The position numbers were made by a program, and so were the translations under genes. From the IMG/VR virus record IMGVR_UViG_3300049445_000078: a stretch of DNA of 64,000 bases; one strand, 5' to 3'. This DNA is from an uncultured virus (IMG/VR IMGVR_UViG_3300049445_000078) (Duplodnaviria > Heunggongvirae > Uroviricota > Caudoviricetes). Positions 20,132 to 26,771 of the stretch are shown here, piece after piece (positions within the stretch are counted from its first letter, which is position 1; each line of letters opens with the position of its first letter). Under the pieces are notes generated by a model. It saw nothing but the letters and a program-made list of their open reading frames with translations, did not search any database and was not told the origin of the DNA.

Positions 20132-20180
20132 CCCCCAAGTACGGTAGAACCTGCTCTACTCTCGTTAGATACGTTGGGGG
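20132..20180 (-). promoter_or_regulatory. Long imperfect hairpin between the decoration and capsid genes
   Basis: cccccaa...gtaga-acctgc-tctac...ttggggg nested inverted repeats just upstream of the MCP RBS. Confidence 0.5.
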
Positions 20181-20191
20181 CCGTCTATTCC

Positions 20192-20833
20192 TTAGGTTGA
20201 AACACCCGTCAGAGCATTACGCGAGAAGTTGTTCGGCTGGACAACCATGATCTGGAGACCTTCGGTGCCGGTCGAGGTTCCGTTGACGCCCGGAGGCGCG
20301 TAGTTTGTGTAGGTGTCCACAATTCTCCAACCGCCAGTGCTGGAGAGTCCAGTGACGGTCGTAGAGAGAAGCGTCTGAACGCTCTGGCCTGTCGTCTGGT
20401 TACCCAGAGAAGAACCCGTCACGCTGCCTGAGACATTGAAGCCAATGCAGCTTGTGCCCATCACGGCACCGCTAGTGGCCTGCGCGATGTAAAGTTGTTG
20501 GGTGTTGGTGCAGACGTAAGCGTTGTAGAAGGCACTGGAGCCCTGGTTACCGGGCCAGTAGCTGTTCCAGACGGTGCGACCTACGTTGGCATTGTAGTAT
20601 TCACAGCCGAGGAAGACGCCGACAGGAGCGACCAGACCAACAGTGACAAGGGAGGAAACCGGGCTGATCGTCCCTGCGACGAGGGAGTACGAACTGATGG
20701 CGACCGCATCACCCGTGAAATACAGGTTGGTGTCGCTGGAGGTGATGAGTAGCCGTTCTATACCTGCTGTCGGGGCCGTGCCCTCGCGCTGGCCGAACTG
20801 GCGAAAACCAAAGGGGGATGCTGTATTGGCCAA
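20192..20833 (-). CDS. Capsid decoration/minor capsid protein (TTG start)
   Basis: MANTASPFGFR N-terminus and GVFLGCEY motif; immediately upstream of MCP; GGAGG RBS. Confidence 0.75.
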   Translation of the reverse strand: MANTASPFGFRQFGQREGTAPTAGIERLLITSSDTNLYFTGDAVAISSYSLVAGTISPVSSLVTVGLVAPVGVFLGCEYYNANVGRTVWNSYWPGNQGSSAFYNAYVCTNTQQLYIAQATSGAVMGTSCIGFNVSGSVTGSSLGNQTTGQSVQTLLSTTVTGLSSTGGWRIVDTYTNYAPPGVNGTSTGTEGLQIMVVQPNNFSRNALTGVST

Positions 20834-20865
20834 ATTAGCCTCCTGTGAGGGCGAGGGAATACAAA

Positions 20866-21037
20866 CAGGCCCGTAGAGCCATCTGGCTCCATACGGACCT
20901 GCTCGTTAGTGAATTCTGTGATGCCAAGATGGCTCCTATCGACCTATTCTTCGAGCATCGAAGAATTAGGGCAGGTAAACCATCTGGCGTAGAGGGCTTA
21001 GGCTTTGGGAGGCGCTCCCAACACTCCATACGGAGTG
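20866..21037 (-). ncRNA. Structured leader RNA upstream of the capsid genes
   Basis: Four hairpins plus alternative pairing segments (see findings). Confidence 0.5.
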
Positions 21038-21073
21038 CTTATTCTTAATCGTTATTCCAAATAATAATTTAAG

Positions 21074-21379
21074 TCAACTGACTGCCGTAACGACAGCATT
21101 GCCATCGGTTACGGCGATAATTGTTGCCCCACCATATTGACCACCCGTGACTACCGTTCCTGAGAGACCGTTAACGGTGGCCCCGGACCCGGCAGTTACC
21201 GTTATTACACCCGCTCCCATTTGGATAATCTGGCATGAAAATCCGGCAGTAAGAACGGATGTAAAAACAATACTGCCTGCGGAAGCTTGGGTACTTACGA
21301 TAATCGTGCCATTGTGCCTAGCATGTAGGGTATAGGTCGTGGAATCGACCGTTGGATTAGGATAACTGGTAGTAGCCAT
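21074..21379 (-). CDS. Small beta-rich virion protein
   Basis: GFSCQIIQMGAGVITVTAGSGATV motif. Confidence 0.65.
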   Translation of the reverse strand: MATTSYPNPTVDSTTYTLHARHNGTIIVSTQASAGSIVFTSVLTAGFSCQIIQMGAGVITVTAGSGATVNGLSGTVVTGGQYGGATIIAVTDGNAVVTAVS

Positions 21380-21382
21380 GGC

Positions 21383-21937
21383 TTAGTCCTCTGGAATGGG
21401 AAGCCGCTCAAACGACTTGCTGATCCTGTTAGTGCCTAGCGCACTGGGATGACGCGAATCCAGCGGAATAGGAATATCACCGCCCCGTAGTGCCTGTTCC
21501 TTGATAGCTACCTGCTCAATTGCCTTACGGTGATCCTGCCGCTTTGCCTTATCGCTGAATTCCTTCGGCCTAGCCATCAGGACAAGACCCTCATTCATGA
21601 TCTCGCCATCCTTACCCTTCGGCATAAACATACCGTTAAAGACACCATCAAAGTCTTCCTGATGTACAGGAGTCCAGCCTTTTTGCTCAAACTTCATCCG
21701 GTGTTGGGCCATATTCTGCCCATAAACAGAATCGGTCACCCATTGAAGAGCAAATCCAGAGGGGACTAGCGATGGGTCAATATGCAGACGATCCGGAGAA
21801 TCCTCCGCTGTCGCATCGAAGGTTTCCCAATTCGGCTTGGCCTTCATCTTGAAGGTCTTAGGAGCAGGTTCATCCGGCTTGGCGGCTAGAACCTTACGGG
21901 GGCGTCCGGGACCCTTTTTTACTACCTCTTCCATCAC
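21383..21937 (-). CDS. Conserved head-module protein
   Basis: QWVTDSVYG, KGWTPV and GLVLMARP motifs; lies between scaffold and capsid genes. Confidence 0.65.
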   Translation of the reverse strand: MMEEVVKKGPGRPRKVLAAKPDEPAPKTFKMKAKPNWETFDATAEDSPDRLHIDPSLVPSGFALQWVTDSVYGQNMAQHRMKFEQKGWTPVHQEDFDGVFNGMFMPKGKDGEIMNEGLVLMARPKEFSDKAKRQDHRKAIEQVAIKEQALRGGDIPIPLDSRHPSALGTNRISKSFERLPIPED

Positions 21938-22917
21938 TGACCTCCCGTATAGTTACCTTTGGATTTTTCTTCAATCAGCCTGAGTTTCTGCTTGGCATAT
22001 TCGGTCTCGGTCACCCCCGCATCCTTCGCGGCTTCCTTTTCCGCAGGGGAAAGGGTGACTTGACCATTTCTACGGGTGCCAGTTCCACCAGAGGGAACCT
22101 CACGGCTGACAGGTGCGCTCACGATGTTGGTCCTCTGCTGTTCCTGTGGCTTTTCCGGCTCCTTGGGGGCTTCTCGAAGGCCAAGATGCTCCTCCATGCG
22201 ATTGAAGTATTCTGGGGAAAACGCAGATTTCCCTTCCTTTACAATAACATGGTGTAGCCATTGAATCTGGGCATTCTTTTCCGGATCACTCAGATATTGG
22301 GGATGGGCGTGAAGCCATGACAAGGCTGATTCCGGTAGTTGAGGCTGCTGCTGTTTTGGCTCTTGTCTGACTTCCGGCCTTGGCTCTGCCTTAACTCTGG
22401 CCTCAAGCTCGAACTTGCCATCCTCCAGTTTGGAGATATTGGCCCTAGCTGCCGCTAGACGCTCATAAGCCTCCGTTTGGGCATCCGGATCGGCATTGGT
22501 AATGGCTGTTTTAATGTCTCTTTTGGCTGATTCAGCTTCAGCTTGGGCAGCGGATAGGGCCGTTGAAACATGATCTAACTGGGATTGAGTTGCCTCTTTC
22601 TGGAATTTGACAACCTCAACATCACGCTCCTGAGCCCGTTTAATGGCTTCTTCGCGCTCTTTCGCAGCCTGTTCGGCGCGATTACGCTGGAATTCCTCTG
22701 ATTTCCTCAGTTCCTCTAATTGCTTCTGAAGTGCAAGGGTAGGGTCATCTTTTGGAGGCTCAGGAGGCTCTGGGGGTTCAGGAGCCACTTCCTTGTTTTC
22801 ATGCAGTTCGACTTCAGGAGCCTCTTCCTTGCTCTCAAAAAGAGAGGATACGGACTCACTAGGGTCCGGCTCGTCCAATGAAACCCGTTCTTTTGGCAGT
22901 GGTCGAAGTCGCGGCAT
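21934..22917 (-). CDS. Capsid scaffolding protein
   Basis: Acidic coiled coil; C-terminal VTLSPAEKEAAKDAGVTETEYAKQK; position upstream of MCP. Confidence 0.75.
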   Translation of the reverse strand: MPRLRPLPKERVSLDEPDPSESVSSLFESKEEAPEVELHENKEVAPEPPEPPEPPKDDPTLALQKQLEELRKSEEFQRNRAEQAAKEREEAIKRAQERDVEVVKFQKEATQSQLDHVSTALSAAQAEAESAKRDIKTAITNADPDAQTEAYERLAAARANISKLEDGKFELEARVKAEPRPEVRQEPKQQQPQLPESALSWLHAHPQYLSDPEKNAQIQWLHHVIVKEGKSAFSPEYFNRMEEHLGLREAPKEPEKPQEQQRTNIVSAPVSREVPSGGTGTRRNGQVTLSPAEKEAAKDAGVTETEYAKQKLRLIEEKSKGNYTGGQ

Positions 22918-22925
22918 GGTGACTC

Positions 22926-23339
22926 CTATAGGACCATCATCGGGTCTTTAATCTTCGCAATGAAAGCCGTGTCTTTAATCATCCGGCAGGGCATCTTGTT
23001 GACTTCCAATTGCCAGCCGTCACCGACCTTGAAGACCACCCAATCCCCAACGGAAACACGCTGTTCGTAAAGGGAACCGTCTTCCGGGTCCACAAAGGCA
23101 TTGGGGCCTAGTTTCAAAACTAACCCAACCTTGCCCTGCCAAACATCCTCTTCTTTATTGGCATCCGGGCGAATAATACCACCCTTGGTCTTTTCCGGCC
23201 TCATATAGACGCCGACCAGAACCCTATCCCCCATAACTTCGAATGTTGATAAGTCACCAATAAATCTGAGGATAGCCTCTTTAGGGTCGGAAGCCGTCGA
23301 AATAGCTTCAATTGCCCGGTGTGGAACCACTACGCTCAT
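22926..23339 (-). CDS. GroES-like co-chaperonin
   Basis: GDRVLV...EKTKGGII...LVLKLGP...VSVGDWVVF. Confidence 0.9.
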   Translation of the reverse strand: MSVVVPHRAIEAISTASDPKEAILRFIGDLSTFEVMGDRVLVGVYMRPEKTKGGIIRPDANKEEDVWQGKVGLVLKLGPNAFVDPEDGSLYEQRVSVGDWVVFKVGDGWQLEVNKMPCRMIKDTAFIAKIKDPMMVL

Positions 23340-23517
23340 TTCCCATGTCCTGTTCTACTTCGTCGCAAAGATTAAGGGTGTCAGTAAAAGCCTGCATATA
23401 ACCTACATACCATTGGTATTGCGGGTAATCCTTCGCTGACCCAGCAAGAAGCTGGGCTGAATTCTTAGCAATCTGATCCTCAATCTTCTTTTTAAGGAAC
23501 GAGTGAAATCTGGTCAT
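23308..23517 (-). CDS. Small conserved head-module protein
   Basis: GSAKDYPQYQWYVG motif; overlaps both neighbours. Confidence 0.7.
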   Translation of the reverse strand: MTRFHSFLKKKIEDQIAKNSAQLLAGSAKDYPQYQWYVGYMQAFTDTLNLCDEVEQDMGNERSGSTPGN

Positions 23518-24068
23518 TCGTCTCTTTTGTTGCCGTGAGGCTTGAGTCCGTAAGCTTTCATCTTCTGCTTACGACCTTCACCCGTAAGGCTGCCAGCAGT
23601 CATATGCACTTTTCCACCACGGGCATAAACTTTCCCACCACGCTTCATGACACCGGGAGGCTTCATGCCAGGAGGTGGCATACCTGGAGGCATTCCCGGA
23701 GGACCACCGGGGGGAAGGCCGGGAGGACCGCCAGCAGGCAGGCCGGGTGGCAACCCCGGAGGTCCTCCCGCAGGCGGGACACCGGGAGCGGCGTCCTTAT
23801 GCGGATTCACTACGGCAATATTGATGTGGGTGCCCTTCTTGTCCTTGGTCTTTCCACCACGGGCGTACTTGTCCAAGCGGCCACCTGACTTCTTGCCTTC
23901 GGCCTTGGTCTCACCGGCCTCATGCTCTTTCATCATTTTCTTGAACAGAGCGCGGTCTTCCTTCTCGTCCCCGTGGGCCTTACCACCGTGCTTATGGCCT
24001 TTCAGAATGTGACTAACGCGCTTATGCGATGCAACGTGTTCCCGGTGGGCATGGTGCGAATGTGCCAC
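23514..24068 (-). CDS. Basic, Pro/Gly-rich protein with xxGG motifs
   Basis: HKHGGK, KSGGR, YARGGK twice, MKRGGK, and a PPG-repeat tract. Confidence 0.7.
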   Translation of the reverse strand: MAHSHHAHREHVASHKRVSHILKGHKHGGKAHGDEKEDRALFKKMMKEHEAGETKAEGKKSGGRLDKYARGGKTKDKKGTHINIAVVNPHKDAAPGVPPAGGPPGLPPGLPAGGPPGLPPGGPPGMPPGMPPPGMKPPGVMKRGGKVYARGGKVHMTAGSLTGEGRKQKMKAYGLKPHGNKRDE

Positions 24069-24070
24069 GG

Positions 24071-24289
24071 CTATTTTCCCTTCTTGGTATGATCGAAGTG
24101 CGGGTAGGGGCTACCATGCCCGTTCACCCATCCCTCAGAATCATTATTGTATGTATCCTCATGTTGATCTTGTGGGTCTTGAGGACTTTGCAAGTTATTT
24201 GCCTTTGGATGGTCGGACAGAGAACCCTGACCCTTTCCATACCGTTCCTTGGCGGTTTCTCTGCCCCACTTTGATGTGTCCTTAGTCAT
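24071..24289 (-). CDS. Hypothetical protein
   Basis: 72 aa ORF packed between the portal gene and 23514..24068. Confidence 0.6.
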   Translation of the reverse strand: MTKDTSKWGRETAKERYGKGQGSLSDHPKANNLQSPQDPQDQHEDTYNNDSEGWVNGHGSPYPHFDHTKKGK

Positions 24290-24292
24290 AGA

Positions 24293-26767
24293 TCATTCCT
24301 TTGCCTTCGGTTTCTTTACCTTAGCCAATTGTTTAGCGGACTCCAACTTCTGTTCGTGTAACTCCTGTGCGTGCTGCATGGACATCCGATGAGACTCGTC
24401 GGCACGGCGCATTTCAGCCTGATGCCGTTCATGCTCCATCTGTAGTTCCATGGCAGTTTTAACAACACCACCACGCATTTCATGCTGCTGTTCGATCTGA
24501 TCGCCTTGGAGTTCGCTCATTCTGGCAATGTGATCGTGCTGCAATTCCTGTATCTTTTGGGCGCGATCCATCTGCATCTGCTGTTGCGATTCGACGGTGC
24601 TCTGCTGGAGATCGTGGGCGTGGATAACCGCTTCCTGCTTCAGCCTCATATCCGCCAACTGAAGCTTCATAGCCTCAATACGCTCTCTCGACTGGCGCTC
24701 CTGTGCCTTATCAGCAAATGTTGCCTGAGCGGTCGCAGCCTTGATCTGCGCCTCCATCTGCTGGATTTGAGCCTGTTGCTGAGCCTGCTGTTGCTTGGCC
24801 TGAATAGCTTGGAATCTCGGATCGGGTGGAGGTTCTGCTGGAGTCGGTCTGAATAGACCTTCGGGGTCAATATCGACAATCCGCATGATCCGCATATCGA
24901 CGGCTTGAGGATCGTAAAGCTGCGGGCTCGCCTGTTGTAGCGTCTTGATCGCCATCGCCTTGGCAATGCGGTGCAGGGAAGTCGGGTTGTTCGGGTCAGC
25001 AACAGGAACCAGTTCGCAGCTATTCAACGCCTGAATAAACTGGTCTTTCTTCCACTCGATAGTCTGTTTCTTATCATGCCGCCAGAAGGCTTCCGGGTCC
25101 TCGCGGAACCGTTCTTTGAGAAGTTTGAATTCTTCGGCCTGCGCTGCATGAAGCCGCTTGTGAGCAGAGTCCATGACTTTGGAGGCTTGCTCGATAAGCG
25201 CGAGAGTAGTTCCAACCGGAGCGTCTTGCTTACCTTCCCCAACATTGGCACTAGCTGTAGAGGCGAGACGCCTTCCCACTTCCTCGATGTGCGTCGTAAA
25301 AGCCGTGAAGGAGGGTCCAACTTCCTTATAAGGAAGCGGCATAATTGCGTCTTTGATTGACTGCTGTGCGCCAACATCTAGTCCCTGTCCCGTGCCAGGA
25401 GCAATGCGGAAGGTATTGGTGTTCTGCCGACCAGCGCCTTTGGCATATAAAAATCCGGGGAAGTTAGCAAACATCCCACTGTCCAGCATAAGCCGCCAAG
25501 CAGCAGTAAGGGCGCTAGTGGTGTTACCGAGTAGATGAATATAGCCAAGTCCATAGAATCCAAGACCACGGATAAAGGGAAACTGGACGAAGAATCTCTT
25601 GGCGAGACATTGCTCATCCTCTTCCTTCCAGTTCCTGCGGATATCGAGGATTTTACGGCTGTCGTGCTCGATTGTTACACGATACGGGAGCGGTAGCCCT
25701 TTTCCCTTGAATTGCTTTGGCGCGAATTCATCAAGATCGAGTTCGCAGTAGCACTCGTAGATTGTGTATTCTCTATCTTCCGGACGCTTGATAGTGTCCT
25801 TTTGTCCGGAAAGTTCCTGCTTCTTCTTATCAACCGCGTCGGGGGCCGGAGGATTGGGAACACCAATGTCTACATCCCGATAAACACCTAGAATCTGCAT
25901 TCTTCTGAGAGTTGACTTCCGCATCTTAATGCGGTGGGTAACTCTCGTGGAATTGTAAAGGTCGGTCGCCGCATTGGAAACAATCAGGTCTTCGGCATCA
26001 ATACTTTCCGAGACAGGTCTTCGGCGTAAGGGGCAGTTATAAACCTTTTTGAAGCCATCACCTCCAAAGCCAACGTAGAACAGCATCCGGTCAGTATCAG
26101 GAACATACTCAGTCGCGACAGCCGTCAGATAATGGTTCATATCCTTCTCAAGAGCCTGAGAAAGATCATCCTTATTATCCATGCTGTCGGCTAGATCGTG
26201 AGTTGCTGACGTGTCTTGCGAGACAGACTTTGGAGGGGTCGGTGCGTCATTGCGGACTTTAACAGGTCCTGATGCTGGGAGGAGTTCAGCGCGGGCAGTG
26301 GCTTGAAATGATACTGTGGCCTCCAATAACAGTGGGTGCCTGACAACAGCCATGCCCTCAAGCGGCGCACTCGATGTACCTGCGTCTGATCTGGCTTTTT
26401 CAAGTTTCAACCCCAGTAAGGCAATTCCCTGTTCGCGAGTATCAATCCACTCTTTCCGGGAAAGTATGTCCTGCTCGATTCCTTCCTCAAGACTTGTCGC
26501 AATCGAGGAAAGCTCGCCGTCATCCATGTTCTTGGCGAGATTCTTGTCGAAATCGGTATCTTCCGGTCCATCATCGGTCTGCGGCTCGCCACTGAAATCA
26601 ATAGTGGTCGTCCCGTCCTCGTTATCAATCTTGATGGCACCGTCTTCAAAGGAAACATTAGAGGTAGGAGCAGATTCACCATTTGTTCCCCCAACAATAG
26701 ACAACGCACGATGCGTTGGCTTGGGATAGGGATCGGTGAGTGGCAAACTGCCTGTTTTTCGCGCCAT
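24293..26767 (-). CDS. Portal protein
   Basis: HPLLLEATVSFQATARAELLPASGPVK, GFKKVY, GFYGLGYIHLLG, APVGTTLALIEQ and a Gln-rich C-terminal coil; follows TerL. Confidence 0.9.
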   Translation of the reverse strand: MARKTGSLPLTDPYPKPTHRALSIVGGTNGESAPTSNVSFEDGAIKIDNEDGTTTIDFSGEPQTDDGPEDTDFDKNLAKNMDDGELSSIATSLEEGIEQDILSRKEWIDTREQGIALLGLKLEKARSDAGTSSAPLEGMAVVRHPLLLEATVSFQATARAELLPASGPVKVRNDAPTPPKSVSQDTSATHDLADSMDNKDDLSQALEKDMNHYLTAVATEYVPDTDRMLFYVGFGGDGFKKVYNCPLRRRPVSESIDAEDLIVSNAATDLYNSTRVTHRIKMRKSTLRRMQILGVYRDVDIGVPNPPAPDAVDKKKQELSGQKDTIKRPEDREYTIYECYCELDLDEFAPKQFKGKGLPLPYRVTIEHDSRKILDIRRNWKEEDEQCLAKRFFVQFPFIRGLGFYGLGYIHLLGNTTSALTAAWRLMLDSGMFANFPGFLYAKGAGRQNTNTFRIAPGTGQGLDVGAQQSIKDAIMPLPYKEVGPSFTAFTTHIEEVGRRLASTASANVGEGKQDAPVGTTLALIEQASKVMDSAHKRLHAAQAEEFKLLKERFREDPEAFWRHDKKQTIEWKKDQFIQALNSCELVPVADPNNPTSLHRIAKAMAIKTLQQASPQLYDPQAVDMRIMRIVDIDPEGLFRPTPAEPPPDPRFQAIQAKQQQAQQQAQIQQMEAQIKAATAQATFADKAQERQSRERIEAMKLQLADMRLKQEAVIHAHDLQQSTVESQQQMQMDRAQKIQELQHDHIARMSELQGDQIEQQHEMRGGVVKTAMELQMEHERHQAEMRRADESHRMSMQHAQELHEQKLESAKQLAKVKKPKAKE

Positions 26768-26771
26768 TTAT

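Noticed and set aside
23647..23800. PPG tract as collagen or a DNA repeat array
   Set aside because: The G-X-Y periodicity is broken; it is low-complexity coding sequence in 23514..24068.
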